A stretch of 64,000 bases of DNA from an uncultured Candidatus Saccharibacteria bacterium (GTDB taxonomy: Bacteria > Patescibacteriota > WWE3 > UBA101185 > UBA10185), in the NCBI GenBank assembly GCA_964510435.1, contig CAZEBU010000001.1, positions 234,503-298,502 on the forward strand, written 5' to 3'. Below the pieces are notes generated by a model. The model was not told the DNA's origin. It did no database searches and was given only the letters and a program-made list of their open reading frames with translations. Position numbers and translations under genes: made by a program. This document shows positions 25,107 to 35,760 of this stretch, piece by piece (positions within the stretch are counted from its first letter, which is position 1; each line of letters opens with the position of its first letter).

Positions 25107-26633
25107 TTGATGAAGACAAAATATCTACCATTTTTAATCAGCCTAGCGCTGCTTTTTTATTTTGGTCTATTTTTTGCACAAAAAATTAATCTTACCACTG
25201 CAGATTTGGGACGACATATTATCAATGGCAAAGTTTTTTTAACTCAAGGCAAAGTGATCTCCACCAATTTTTACTCATATACACAACCGGATTTTCCTAC
25301 CGTAACTCATCACTGGTTTAGTGGGGTAGTTTTCTATCTTGTCGAAAAAGCTGCTGGCTTCACCGGATTATCAATTTTCTATGTCCTGATAAGCGGTTTA
25401 ACTGCCTTGCTTTTCTTAAAAACAGCGCAGGAAAGATCCAACTTCGGTACAGCCCTATTTTTTACCATCTTGGTGATCCCTCTATTGGCAGATAGAAAAG
25501 AAATCAGACCGGAAGGATTTAGTTACCTGTTCATGGGGCTTTATTACTACATACTGATTTTATACAAAAAAGGGAAGATCAGTTTCAGACTGCTTCTGCC
25601 TGCAATCCTAATTACACAGCTACTCTGGGTTAATATGCATCTGTTTTTCGTTATGGGAATTTTCATGGTGGCTGTTTTTACCGCTAAGGAATTTATCGAA
25701 AAGCATTTTTACGGGAAGAAAAGTTACTATAAAAAGCTAGGATTGCTGCTGGTGTTGATGACGCTGGTTAGTTTAATCAATCCTTACGGAATCCATGGTT
25801 TGCTTGAACCTTTTAATATCCTAAAAGAGTACGGTTACATGATCATTGAAAATCAAACCATCTTATTTATGCAGAAAAGAGCCCCTAGTTTTAAGTATTT
25901 TTACATTGAAGCCTTGTCCATAGTTTTTTTGATCACGGCAATACAAAGTATATTAGTTAAGAGGTGGAGAAGCTATTTTATTTCCGGTCTGTTAACACTT
26001 ACCTTCTTAGTTTTGGCTTTTCGAGCTATAAGAGGAATACCTCTATTTGCATTATTTTTCATACCCTTTATGTCCCAGTATTTCTACACGAATTTTAAAA
26101 AACAGAGTGAGAAGTTAGTGGTTTTTTCTGTGGTTGCTTTCATATTAACCCTTATTCCCGGGCACTTTTTTTCCGTTAGTCAGCCTGGGTTTGGTTTTGG
26201 GATAATCCCTGGGGTAAATGATTCGGCGGAATTTGTTAAGCAAAACAAAATAGGTGGGCCCATCTTTAACAACTACGACATTGGCGGCTACCTAATCTAC
26301 CACTTTAACGACCAAGAAAAAGTCTTTGTAGATAACAGGCCTGAATCATACAGTGTGGAGTTTTTTAAAGACTTGTATGTTCCTAGCCAGGAAAACGAAG
26401 AAAAGTGGCAGGAAACCCTGGAAACTTATGATTTTAACGTCATCTACTTTTACCGCCGTGATGCAACTCCGTGGGCTCAGCCGTTTCTCATAGAGAGAAT
26501 CAAGGATGACACATGGGTGCCCGTATTCGTCGATAATTATGTTTTAATTTTAGTTAGAAATAATGAAAAAAATAAGGGTATAATAGAATCCCACGAGATT
26601 CCCAAGAGTGTCTTTGTAGTAACACCATCATGA
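25107..26633 (+). CDS. Polytopic membrane glycosyltransferase, GT-C fold (ArnT/PMT-like)
   Basis: 508 aa with at least ten TM helices. N-terminal region is typical of GT-C mannosyltransferase-like proteins. Its stop overlaps the start of the next gene. Confidence 0.5.
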   Translation: MMKTKYLPFLISLALLFYFGLFFAQKINLTTADLGRHIINGKVFLTQGKVISTNFYSYTQPDFPTVTHHWFSGVVFYLVEKAAGFTGLSIFYVLISGLTALLFLKTAQERSNFGTALFFTILVIPLLADRKEIRPEGFSYLFMGLYYYILILYKKGKISFRLLLPAILITQLLWVNMHLFFVMGIFMVAVFTAKEFIEKHFYGKKSYYKKLGLLLVLMTLVSLINPYGIHGLLEPFNILKEYGYMIIENQTILFMQKRAPSFKYFYIEALSIVFLITAIQSILVKRWRSYFISGLLTLTFLVLAFRAIRGIPLFALFFIPFMSQYFYTNFKKQSEKLVVFSVVAFILTLIPGHFFSVSQPGFGFGIIPGVNDSAEFVKQNKIGGPIFNNYDIGGYLIYHFNDQEKVFVDNRPESYSVEFFKDLYVPSQENEEKWQETLETYDFNVIYFYRRDATPWAQPFLIERIKDDTWVPVFVDNYVLILVRNNEKNKGIIESHEIPKSVFVVTPS

Positions 26634-27709
26634 AAATAATTGTTTCAGCTGGAGGACAGGGTACGAAGATCTGGCCTTTTAGCACTAAAAAACAACCTAA
26701 GCAGTTTCAGAAGATCATCGGTCAGGAATCCCTTTTTACTCATAATGTGAAAATGCTTCTAAATAAATATCGGCCGGAGGATATTTTTATTTCCACCAAG
26801 AAGATGTACAAAAAGCTTGTTAAAGAGCAGGCGCCCAAGATTCCTGAGGAGAATCTGCTCATTGAACCTGATATTGCTAAGGGCAGGGGACCTGCGGAAG
26901 GCTTTGTATTTTTGCTGCTGTCGTTGAAACACTCTACTGAGGTATTTACCATATTGCAAGCCGACTGCATGTACCTGCCGGCAAACAAGTATTTAGCCAC
27001 TCTGGAATTTATGGAAAAAATTGTCAAAAGAGACCAAAAGTTTATCTCCGGAGGTCTAGTGCCCACCTTTCCGGTAATTGGCGTGGATTATCTTTCCTTG
27101 GGAGAAAAGGTGGAGTCAGACGACTGGATGGATATTTACAAAGTAAAGAAGTTTTTAGGTAGAAAAAAGGATTATGAAGAAACAGCTAAGCTTATAAAAG
27201 AAAAAAACGTGGTCATGCACACTAATCTTAACACCTGGTTTCCCGATTTGATGTTGCAAGCCTACGGAAAATACAGACCGGACTGGTTCGAAAAACTAAT
27301 GGAAATTAAAGAGGTGCTTGAAAACAAGGGTTCCGAAAAAGAAATTGAGGAAATATTTTCCCAAATGGAACCAGGATCTACGGAAGAAGTTACGCGCTAT
27401 GTCTTTGAAGAGGGATATACTGTTACCTATCCTTTCAAATGGTTTGATATTGGCACTTGGGACTCAGTTTATAAGTACCTAGCGCGGAAAAACCAGGTTT
27501 ACAAAGAAGGAAACGTTGTGGCGTTGGAATCTTCGGGAACATTGGTAAAAAGTACAGATCCTAAGAAGCTAATTGCCGTACTGGGTTTGGAGGACATGGT
27601 TATAGTGGATACCGAGGAGGTGTTATTTATTGCCCCCAGGGATAAGGTAGGAAATATCAAAGATGTGCATCAGAAACTTATTGATAAAGGTTTGGAAAAA
27701 TTTTTATAG
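26630..27709 (+). CDS. Sugar-phosphate nucleotidyltransferase (mannose-1-phosphate guanylyltransferase-like)
   Basis: N-terminal MKIIVSAGGQGTKIWPFS matches the NTP-transferase G-rich motif (LAGGxGTRLWPLS). Confidence 0.6.
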   Translation: MKIIVSAGGQGTKIWPFSTKKQPKQFQKIIGQESLFTHNVKMLLNKYRPEDIFISTKKMYKKLVKEQAPKIPEENLLIEPDIAKGRGPAEGFVFLLLSLKHSTEVFTILQADCMYLPANKYLATLEFMEKIVKRDQKFISGGLVPTFPVIGVDYLSLGEKVESDDWMDIYKVKKFLGRKKDYEETAKLIKEKNVVMHTNLNTWFPDLMLQAYGKYRPDWFEKLMEIKEVLENKGSEKEIEEIFSQMEPGSTEEVTRYVFEEGYTVTYPFKWFDIGTWDSVYKYLARKNQVYKEGNVVALESSGTLVKSTDPKKLIAVLGLEDMVIVDTEEVLFIAPRDKVGNIKDVHQKLIDKGLEKFL

Positions 27710-27762
27710 ACAAGAGTGCCTATGCTAAAATCACCAAGTAAAATCACCAAGCCTTACTATTA

Positions 27763-27852
27763 GGAGGGATGCGAGAGCGGCTGAATCGGCTCGCCTGGAA
27801 AGCGACGCGCTCCGAAAGGGGCACGGGGGTTCGAATCCCCCTCCCTCCGCCA
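27763..27852 (+). tRNA. tRNA-Ser (anticodon GGA), class II
   Basis: Acceptor GGAGGGA/TCCCTCC, anticodon loop CTGGAAA, long variable arm, T-arm GGGGGTTCGAATCCCCC, encoded CCA. Confidence 0.8.
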
Positions 27853-27854
27853 CA

Positions 27855-28523
27855 CTAGGGCACCAGTAAATAAAAGATCACATACTGCAGGGGATAAAAA
27901 ACATAAAATAAATATTTTACTCTCGGACCGGGTTTGCCATTGTAAAAAGCCACAAAGAATAGGGAGATAAGTGCAAACGGTTGTATGATAGAAACCATAC
28001 TAAACGCAACTTGCTTAGTTAGTACCAAAATGGGAAGCAATCCAAAATAAATAGCGGATTGCGATAAGAGCATCATTTTAATATCTTCGAAATAGATATA
28101 AAAAGAAATAATGGATAAAACACCCAACATACCATAATCACTATCAATTAGCTGGGCTGTCGCTGAGTAGACCAGAACAGCGATAATTTTTACTAGATTA
28201 CTTTTCCCATCCCTGATCACTTTTATGCCTAGCAGTCCTAAAAACAAGGTAAAAAAAATGTTCAGCTGAGCAAACGAAACATCAATTGATCTAAAGGCAA
28301 TAGTGTAGGGAATTTGCGAGAGCAGAGAAAAGATAAAAAGTCTTTTTAAATAGGCATTGATGTCTTTTGTGTGCTTAGCGCCGTTGGCTATCATCCAGGC
28401 AAAAAGGGGAAAGGAAAGTCTTCCCAGTGCCCTAAGGAAAACTGCTTGAGGAAAAATGAAAACACCAATGTGGTCAATAGCCATAGCTAAAATAGCAATA
28501 ATTTTAATAGTGAAGGTATTCAT
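27855..28523 (-). CDS. TraX-family membrane protein (F-pilin acetylase family)
   Basis: N-terminal IKIIAILAMAIDHIGVF matches the TraX signature (LKxIAxxxMxIDHIG). Multi-pass membrane protein. Confidence 0.6.
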   Translation of the reverse strand: MNTFTIKIIAILAMAIDHIGVFIFPQAVFLRALGRLSFPLFAWMIANGAKHTKDINAYLKRLFIFSLLSQIPYTIAFRSIDVSFAQLNIFFTLFLGLLGIKVIRDGKSNLVKIIAVLVYSATAQLIDSDYGMLGVLSIISFYIYFEDIKMMLLSQSAIYFGLLPILVLTKQVAFSMVSIIQPFALISLFFVAFYNGKPGPRVKYLFYVFYPLQYVIFYLLVP

Positions 28524-28635
28524 ATCTTTACCGGCTCATTATATTACAGTTCTCGTGTGTATGAAAATGCTGTAATTAAGCCATAAAACGCCCAATAGGA
28601 GAAGTAATTATGACGCGTATGTTAAGTGTGTAGGT

Positions 28636-30435
28636 GTGCCTTTTTTCCTAAAGTATGCTATACAATCTGTAATGGACACAGTTTCCCAAATTAAGCAAAA
28701 TCTAGATGTTGTAGATATTGTCGGTGGTTATTTAAGTCTTAAAAGAGCAGGAAAAAATTACAAAGCTTTGTGCCCGTTTCATTCTGAGGATACACCTTCA
28801 TTCATGGTTTCTCCGGAGCTGCAAATATACAAGTGCTTTGGTTGTGGAGAGGCTGGTGACATGTTTAACTTTGTCCAAAAAGTGGAAGGCGTTGATTTTA
28901 ATAGGTCTTTGGAAATATTGGCGGACAAGGCAGGTGTCAAAATTGAGAGGACTCAGATGGACCCAAACTACAAGAAGAAAAAGCTTATCTTCGAAATTAA
29001 TAGTACCGCCGCAGATTTTTACCACCACCTTTTAACCAAGCACAAAGTAGGTAGGAAAGGCCTTAACTACCTTTTAAAAAAGAGAGATGTGGATGCCAAA
29101 ACAATAAACAGGTTTAAGATAGGTTACGCTCCTGACAATTGGGATACCCTCCACAGTTTTTTAGTGAAAAAAGGTTATAAGGATGAGGATATTTTGCTCT
29201 CCGGAGTGGTAATTGGGAAAAGGTCCGACAAAGGTTTTATTGATAAGTTTAGAGGGAGAATAGTCTTCCCGTTTATTGATATCAACGAGAAAATTGTTGG
29301 TTTTAGCGGTAGAGACATAGTAGGCAGAGATCCCAAGTACCTTAATACCCAGGATACTTTAGTTTTTAATAAGAGCGGCTTTGTTTATGGGTTGGACAAA
29401 GCTAAGGTGGATATTAAAAAGAAAGGAGCAATTTTGGTAGAAGGTCAAATGGACGTTATTAAAGCTTTCCAGAAAGGTATCACAAATGCAGTGGCTGTTT
29501 CCGGTACCTCACTGACCTCGTTGCAGTTAAAGATCATTTCCAGATACACCAAAGAACTGATTCTTAGCTTCGACTCGGATGAGGCAGGCATGTCTGCCAC
29601 AGCCAGAGCCCTTTCTCTAGCCGAACCCTTTGATTTTGAGATAAAAGTTACCTTAATTCCCGAAAAATACGCCGACCTAGACGACTTTTTAAATAAAAGC
29701 TTAAGACAGGCCAAGAAAGCTCTAGAATCCCCGGTACCTATCTATGATTTTTATTTCGCCAATGCCTTAAAGAATTATAATAAAGGATCCGCATATGGCA
29801 AAAAAAAGATCGTTGAATATTTAGCCCCTATTTATTCGAAAATTACTAACAGCATAGTGCTTGATCATTATGTTAAAAGAATTGCGGAAGAAATTGATGT
29901 TACGGAGGAGGTAGTCAGGGAGTCTCTAAAAGATAAAGAGCACACAGCCCTAAAAGAGGAAATAACCGAACAAGAGCAAACTGGCGTGCAAGCGAACGTA
30001 AGAAAATTACCTGAGGAGTATTTTATTTCCTTGTTGATCAAATCAGACCTTGACACTATGGGGCAATTTTTGTATAAACTTAAGGCTAAAGATTTTTTTA
30101 ACGAGCGTAATAAAGAGATATTTGGAACGTTAAAAAGTTATATTGATAGTAAGCCAAGGGAGTTTGATATAAAATATTTTAGAGACAGGTTGGACGATAA
30201 TTATAAAGAAGTTATTTTAGAAATGTATCTTTGGGACTTTGGTGAGATAACCGTTGATAAGGATCTATTTGTAAGTGAGCTAGATTCAGCCATTTCTCGT
30301 ATAGAAAAGAACTCTATCAAGAGAAAGTTGAAAGAATTGACCGAGCAAATAAAACTTGCCGAATTAGAAAAAAATGCCGAAGCAGTTAAGGAGTTATCTA
30401 AAAAGTTTGCTAGACTTTCGAAAAAGTTAATTTGA
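28636..30435 (+). CDS. dnaG: DNA primase
   Basis: Zinc-binding [11 protein letters not shown]...CFGCG motif. TOPRIM region (EGQMDV..., DSDEAG). Confidence 0.95.
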   Translation: MPFFLKYAIQSVMDTVSQIKQNLDVVDIVGGYLSLKRAGKNYKALCPFHSEDTPSFMVSPELQIYKCFGCGEAGDMFNFVQKVEGVDFNRSLEILADKAGVKIERTQMDPNYKKKKLIFEINSTAADFYHHLLTKHKVGRKGLNYLLKKRDVDAKTINRFKIGYAPDNWDTLHSFLVKKGYKDEDILLSGVVIGKRSDKGFIDKFRGRIVFPFIDINEKIVGFSGRDIVGRDPKYLNTQDTLVFNKSGFVYGLDKAKVDIKKKGAILVEGQMDVIKAFQKGITNAVAVSGTSLTSLQLKIISRYTKELILSFDSDEAGMSATARALSLAEPFDFEIKVTLIPEKYADLDDFLNKSLRQAKKALESPVPIYDFYFANALKNYNKGSAYGKKKIVEYLAPIYSKITNSIVLDHYVKRIAEEIDVTEEVVRESLKDKEHTALKEEITEQEQTGVQANVRKLPEEYFISLLIKSDLDTMGQFLYKLKAKDFFNERNKEIFGTLKSYIDSKPREFDIKYFRDRLDDNYKEVILEMYLWDFGEITVDKDLFVSELDSAISRIEKNSIKRKLKELTEQIKLAELEKNAEAVKELSKKFARLSKKLI

Positions 30436-30436
30436 T

Positions 30437-31549
30437 ATGCCTAAAAAAGCAACGAAAAAAGCAACGAAAAAAGCAAAACTTAGCCTAAAAGAAAAAAATA
30501 TCAGGAAATTAATTACCATTGGTAAGAAACAAGGTTATTTAACCTTAACCCAGATATTGGAATTATTTCCTAACGCTGAAGAAGACATAGAAACATTGGA
30601 TTTCCTTTACGAGAAGTTATTGGATGCCAAAGTAGATGTTTTTGACGTGGAGTCAGAGAAGGAAGCTGAAAAATTAGCAGAGATAGAACAAATAGACCTC
30701 ACCAAGCAAAAGCTTGATAGAACGGTGTCTTCTGATCCGGTGCGCATGTATTTAAGAGAAATCGGCAAAGTGGACCTATTAAAGGCAGAAGAAGAAGTTG
30801 AACTAGCTAAAAGAGCTGAGAAACATGACCAGGAAGCCGCGGATCTACTGGCTAAAGCTAATTTAAGATTGGTTGTTTCCATTGCCAAAAAATATATGGG
30901 CAGGGGCCTGCACTTTTTGGATCTGATCCAAGAGGGTAATATAGGGTTGATGCGCGCCGTGGAGAAGTTTGACTGGAGAAGGGGTTTTAAATTTTCTACC
31001 TACGCCACCTGGTGGATCAGGCAGGCCATTACCAGAGCCATTGCCGATCAAGCCAAAACTATCAGAATTCCGGTACACATGGTAGAAACAATCAATAAAT
31101 ACAAGAAAATTGAGCGAGAATTGGAGCAAAAGCTGCAAAGACCGCCCAACCCTGATGAAATTGCCAAAGTTATGGGGATAGATGAAGATAAGGCCCACGA
31201 AATAGAAAGAATTTCCCAGGACACCACCTCTTTAGAGACCCCTGTAGGTAAAGAGGAGGACACCCGATTAAAAGAATTCATTAAAGACGAAGTTACCGTA
31301 TCCCCTTTTGATTCGGCTAGCCAGGAATTGTTAAAGGGCCACATTGACGACGTTTTGGAAACACTAAATCCCAGGGAAAGAAGAGTATTGTCCTTAAGAT
31401 TTGGCCTGAAAGATGGTAGGAACAGGACTTTGGAAGAGGTAGGACGAGAGTTTGGGGTAACTAGGGAAAGAATTAGACAAATTGAAGCCAAGGCATTAAG
31501 AAAACTGAGACACCCCTCAAGAAGCAAGAGGTTAAGGGATTATTTGTAA
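30437..31549 (+). CDS. rpoD: RNA polymerase primary sigma factor (sigma-70 family)
   Basis: Region 2 is present ([48 protein letters not shown]). Region 4 is present (LRFGL...[18 protein letters not shown]). Confidence 0.95.
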   Translation: MPKKATKKATKKAKLSLKEKNIRKLITIGKKQGYLTLTQILELFPNAEEDIETLDFLYEKLLDAKVDVFDVESEKEAEKLAEIEQIDLTKQKLDRTVSSDPVRMYLREIGKVDLLKAEEEVELAKRAEKHDQEAADLLAKANLRLVVSIAKKYMGRGLHFLDLIQEGNIGLMRAVEKFDWRRGFKFSTYATWWIRQAITRAIADQAKTIRIPVHMVETINKYKKIERELEQKLQRPPNPDEIAKVMGIDEDKAHEIERISQDTTSLETPVGKEEDTRLKEFIKDEVTVSPFDSASQELLKGHIDDVLETLNPRERRVLSLRFGLKDGRNRTLEEVGREFGVTRERIRQIEAKALRKLRHPSRSKRLRDYL

Positions 31550-33114
31550 TATAAGGTTTTAGGCTGAGGTTTAACCTCAGCCAGATTCTCATAGATAAAC
31601 ACATCCGAGAGTGGTATCAGGTTGGGTTTTGGTAAGACAAACTGATTGATTAACATAAATTGTCTAGGATCAAGTATGGTCTCCTCGAATTCTTTCCATG
31701 TTTGGTAATAAAAAGGGTAAGTTTCTCGTACAACCTCTCTTTTATAGTTGCTTAACGGCCTGGAAGAAATAACTACATAAGAGTAGTGCTCAAGATTTTC
31801 CGGTGTCTGAAACTGGGCTCCTTCGCTGGAGTATACCGGCAGGGTAACCACTTTTGAAGTAACGAGCTTGTTCATGGGGTCCAAGCCCTCTTCACTGTAA
31901 ACTAAAACACTTTTTATGGGATCCAGGTTATCACGCATCCAAAGGTAGGCCGCAGATTTTGGAGTATATCTTTGGAACTGATGCAGAAGTAGCGTTGGGA
32001 AATATAAGTAGGAAGCAAGCAGAAGTATAGCTACGAATAACAAAACCAGACGGCTTTTTAATCTTTCCAACAAATAGTCCAGCCCAAAGGATGCATACAT
32101 GAGAACAATAGGTAGGATAGGCAGCAACCAGCGGTCAACCCTTCGGCTCTGCAAAGTAAAAAACACCAGATATATGATGACACTGCCTACCAAAAAAATA
32201 TGAAAGTCAAGATCAACCCGTTCTTTAAATGATTTGTATTTCCCGTAAAGAGAAGATAGTAAAACTAATGGTGTAGTTATAAACCCCAAACCAAATATAT
32301 ATTTGTAGACAGATAGATCAACCGAGTCAAAGACCAAACCGCCTTCCTTGGTGAACATGGATAGTATGCGAAAAGTAAATCTTTCCGACAAGATAAAGGA
32401 AAAAGGATTTGTCATCATGAAAACCCCCAAAGCCACAAGATTTAACGCCGCCAATCCTCGATAGTCTTTTTTCCTAATGTATGGGTAGTAAAAGAGAGGT
32501 AGGGTTATGAGGGTAGTAATTTTTGTACCAATAGCCAGTCCCAACAACGCGCCTGTAAGCAATGTAAACTTAGTATCCTCTTCCTTCCTGCGAAAATAGT
32601 AGAAAAGAGTTAAGTAAGATAAAGAGAGTACGATGGTTTGAATGAGATCAGCATTTATGTAATGTGCGTGCACGATCAGTTTCCAATTTAGGGCAACTAA
32701 TAATAGTGTCACAAAAAATACCAGCCACTTTTTTCTTAGCTTATAACTTAAAACGGCTGTAGATAGCACAATGAATATGGACAGCAGAGCATTAAAAGAC
32801 CTCATGAAAACGTAGAGGCTAGTTTTATCAAAGGGCAGGCTCAGCAGGTTACTTAATTTGCTGAAAGTCATGGTGGCCAGTGTAAATAGGTAAGCAGGAA
32901 AAGTGCCGTAAACAAAAGAAATGGGTATGAGTTGGTAATAATCATTATTTTTAATGATGTTTCGTATTTCGTAGGTATATCTAATGGCTAATTCAGCTAT
33001 TTCCGGTTCATCAGCGTAAAAGCTGTGGGGTAAGCCAAACTCAATGTGATACAGCCTGAAAAATAATCCCAAGGCTAGTATAAAGAGGACCAAAAATTTA
33101 TGCAGTTTGCTCAT
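31540..33114 (-). CDS. Polytopic membrane glycosyltransferase, GT-C fold (ArnT/PMT-like), second copy
   Basis: 524 aa with many TM helices and a C-terminal soluble domain. Similar architecture to the 25107..26633 gene. Confidence 0.5.
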   Translation of the reverse strand: MSKLHKFLVLFILALGLFFRLYHIEFGLPHSFYADEPEIAELAIRYTYEIRNIIKNNDYYQLIPISFVYGTFPAYLFTLATMTFSKLSNLLSLPFDKTSLYVFMRSFNALLSIFIVLSTAVLSYKLRKKWLVFFVTLLLVALNWKLIVHAHYINADLIQTIVLSLSYLTLFYYFRRKEEDTKFTLLTGALLGLAIGTKITTLITLPLFYYPYIRKKDYRGLAALNLVALGVFMMTNPFSFILSERFTFRILSMFTKEGGLVFDSVDLSVYKYIFGLGFITTPLVLLSSLYGKYKSFKERVDLDFHIFLVGSVIIYLVFFTLQSRRVDRWLLPILPIVLMYASFGLDYLLERLKSRLVLLFVAILLLASYLYFPTLLLHQFQRYTPKSAAYLWMRDNLDPIKSVLVYSEEGLDPMNKLVTSKVVTLPVYSSEGAQFQTPENLEHYSYVVISSRPLSNYKREVVRETYPFYYQTWKEFEETILDPRQFMLINQFVLPKPNLIPLSDVFIYENLAEVKPQPKTLYYK

Positions 33115-34388
33115 TTTTCTAGTAGAATTTTTCTAGTTTCTTGTTTATAACTCTCTACGCTGGGCTGATCAAAAGCGTTTACTCCTAGCAAATGTCCCAA
33201 ATACATTATTTCTACCATTTTGAACTGCATGAACTGTCCAAGGGACTCCAGAGTAATATCATCCAGGATAACTTCTATGAAGGGAAGATCATTTTTTGCA
33301 AAGGCAATTTTTACACCTGCTAAAATGGCATCCATAATTTCTGAAGTACTTTTTTCTTCGATCTCGCTGAGAAGCTCTATGACAGGTTCTTGAGGTACGC
33401 TAATGTTGGCACCCGAATTTTTTGTAGAAATAAAAGTAAATAACTTATCCTTAATGCCCCCCAGATAAAGCTGTCCCATGGAGTGTAGATCCGTGGAGCC
33501 AATAGAGACGGTGGGGGTAATTCCTTTGCCGTCTTTGCCGATACTCTCACCCATAAGCTGTCTGTACCACTTGCCCAGAGATTCCAGTTCGGGGTGGAAA
33601 AAGAAATTGTCGTTGATCAGCTTGCCTTTGACGTAGTTTTCGAAAATTATGATGGCTGATAGAGCGGAGGGGTTCTTTGAGACGGTTTTATTTAAACAGA
33701 CTCTACGGGCTTCCATGGCGCCTTTAAGGAGTTCGGAGAGGTCAATACCCAAACATGCTAAAGGGAAAAGCCCTACGCTGGAAAAAACTGAGAATCTCCC
33801 GCCTACCTTGTTGGGTACCGGCAAGCAATCCAGATTTAAGCTGCGAGCAGTCTTCCAAAGGTCTGAGTTATAAGATGTAGTAATAACCAGCCTATCTTTG
33901 GCAAAAGGAATACCGCTGGAAATTATTTCCAAGTTAACGAGGGTCTCTGTGGTTTTTCCTGATTTGCTGATGGTGTTAATGATGATTTCCTCGGGGCTTT
34001 TGATGTTCTTTTTAATAAACTTGTAGAGTTTGTAAATGTAGGTTGGATCGTTGGTATCCGCAAAGATCATTTTGGGGTATCTGTCCGGCTCAATAAGATC
34101 AAAATAGCCATAGAGAGCATCGTAAATAGCTTTCGTGCCTAGGTTAGAACCACCGATGCCTATATCCAGGACATATTTTAAGTTGCTATTTACGTATTTT
34201 GACTTAAGCTTATGGATTTTTTCGAGAATGCTCTCATCAAAGGGAAGATTTATAGAACTCTCCTCATACATGTAATTATCAGCCTCTGCCACCTTGGTCA
34301 AGCGTTTGATGTATTCCTCAAGATGCTGTGCTTGCGCGGCTACCTCGTCCTTGGTGACATGAGAGCTATCTTCGTATCTGAACAACAT
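33111..34388 (-). CDS. pgi: Glucose-6-phosphate isomerase
   Basis: DIGIGGSNLG, SKSGKTTETL and GGRFSVFSSVG motifs are characteristic of PGI. Confidence 0.8.
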   Translation of the reverse strand: MLFRYEDSSHVTKDEVAAQAQHLEEYIKRLTKVAEADNYMYEESSINLPFDESILEKIHKLKSKYVNSNLKYVLDIGIGGSNLGTKAIYDALYGYFDLIEPDRYPKMIFADTNDPTYIYKLYKFIKKNIKSPEEIIINTISKSGKTTETLVNLEIISSGIPFAKDRLVITTSYNSDLWKTARSLNLDCLPVPNKVGGRFSVFSSVGLFPLACLGIDLSELLKGAMEARRVCLNKTVSKNPSALSAIIIFENYVKGKLINDNFFFHPELESLGKWYRQLMGESIGKDGKGITPTVSIGSTDLHSMGQLYLGGIKDKLFTFISTKNSGANISVPQEPVIELLSEIEEKSTSEIMDAILAGVKIAFAKNDLPFIEVILDDITLESLGQFMQFKMVEIMYLGHLLGVNAFDQPSVESYKQETRKILLEK

Positions 34389-34396
34389 ATCTTCTC

Positions 34397-35197
34397 CTAT
34401 TTTATCAGGTATCCGAACTCATTAGGAAGTTCTAATTCTTTAATTATTTCGCCTTGTATACCGCTAATAAATCTTTTTATAACTTTGCGTTCGCGGTTTT
34501 CAATGTTCTCTTTTTTTACCATGGCCTCTTTACTACCCGTGATAAGGATCAATTTTGCCGGGACCTCCGCCAACCAGGCAAGCAGCCCATTTTCTTGACG
34601 GTGGACAACAGGCACTAGCTTAAGCATAAGAGCAAGATCAAACCGGCCTACATTTTTAGGGAGGTAGTGTTGCCAGTCTTCTTTTCCAAAGCGCTGGTTA
34701 TAAAGTATAAGATTTTTAAGTTCCTGCACATCTTTGTACTTGTTTAGTTTATTAAATGATTCTTTATCCTTGTCGAGCCAAACGTATTCTTTAAATCCAT
34801 TAAACAAACCGGTTTCAATGGAAGCGGGAAACATACCTCCGCCAAGGTCAATGATATACGAAGATCGTGCAAAATAGGGCTTGAGTTGTTGGAAAAAGCT
34901 ATCTATAAAAGGTTTCCGTTCTTTAGTGGATAAATGGGAGTCAACCGGCGCCTTCAACGTAGTTTGGTATGTTCTCAATTGGTAGTAGATGTCTTTCTTG
35001 GTCTTTTTTATAAAGTTTTTGTACTGGTGAGTTCGATAAATACTTTTTAAATTCCCGGCAATGGCGATCTCGTTTTTTAAGGCAGGAAATCTGTCTAACT
35101 CATTTTTTAAGATCTGTCGCACTTCCTCGGAAGAAATTTTGTAGTTTTTAACAATTTTTTGTGTTTGTTCGCCGAGAAACTTTTCCAACATGTGCAT
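34397..35197 (-). CDS. Hypothetical protein, possible Rossmann-fold SAM-dependent methyltransferase
   Basis: The only motif is a weak glycine-rich one, IIDLGGGMFP. The 5' end overlaps the divergent nuclease ORF. Confidence 0.3.
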   Translation of the reverse strand: MHMLEKFLGEQTQKIVKNYKISSEEVRQILKNELDRFPALKNEIAIAGNLKSIYRTHQYKNFIKKTKKDIYYQLRTYQTTLKAPVDSHLSTKERKPFIDSFFQQLKPYFARSSYIIDLGGGMFPASIETGLFNGFKEYVWLDKDKESFNKLNKYKDVQELKNLILYNQRFGKEDWQHYLPKNVGRFDLALMLKLVPVVHRQENGLLAWLAEVPAKLILITGSKEAMVKKENIENRERKVIKRFISGIQGEIIKELELPNEFGYLIK

Positions 35198-35760
35198 ATG
35201 ATAACATTAAAAAAATGCCTAAAAAGAAACGCCAGAAGAAGAAAATAATCCTTGGTAGCTTGCTATCCGCGCTGCTCATGTTGATCACCGGCTTAGTAAT
35301 ATCTCTAGATAAAGAAGATGAGAACGTCTTGGGTGAATATGTGGGTGATTATTATAAGGTAGTAAAAGTCGTTGATGGAGATACCCTGGTAGTGGAGAGG
35401 AACGGACGAGAGGATAAGGTGAGGTTAATAGGGGTCGATACACCGGAGCTTAAACATCCTAGAAAAGAAGTGGAATGCTTTGCCATAGAAGCTTCCAAAA
35501 AGGCTAAGGATCTATTGCTGGGTAAACGGGTGAAATTGGCTGACGATCCTTCTCAGTACGATAAAGACCGCTATGGAAGGTTGCTGAGGTATGTTTATCT
35601 GCCGGACGGTATTTTTGTAAATGAGCTTCTCATTAAGGAGGGTTACGCCTACGAATACACTTATCAAACTAAGTACGCTTTCCAGGAAGAGTTTAAGCAA
35701 GCCGAGGAACAGGCCAAGGATGGAAGGATAGGTTTGTGGGGACCTCTTTGCAATAATTAG
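35161..35760 (+). CDS. Membrane-anchored thermonuclease (staphylococcal nuclease/SNase homolog); the ATG at 35215 is the more likely start
   Basis: VVDGDTL...RLIGVDTPE...RYGRLLRYVYL matches SNase active-site motifs. N-terminal signal-anchor after MPKKKRQKKK. Confidence 0.75.
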   Translation: MFVRRETFPTCAYDNIKKMPKKKRQKKKIILGSLLSALLMLITGLVISLDKEDENVLGEYVGDYYKVVKVVDGDTLVVERNGREDKVRLIGVDTPELKHPRKEVECFAIEASKKAKDLLLGKRVKLADDPSQYDKDRYGRLLRYVYLPDGIFVNELLIKEGYAYEYTYQTKYAFQEEFKQAEEQAKDGRIGLWGPLCNN

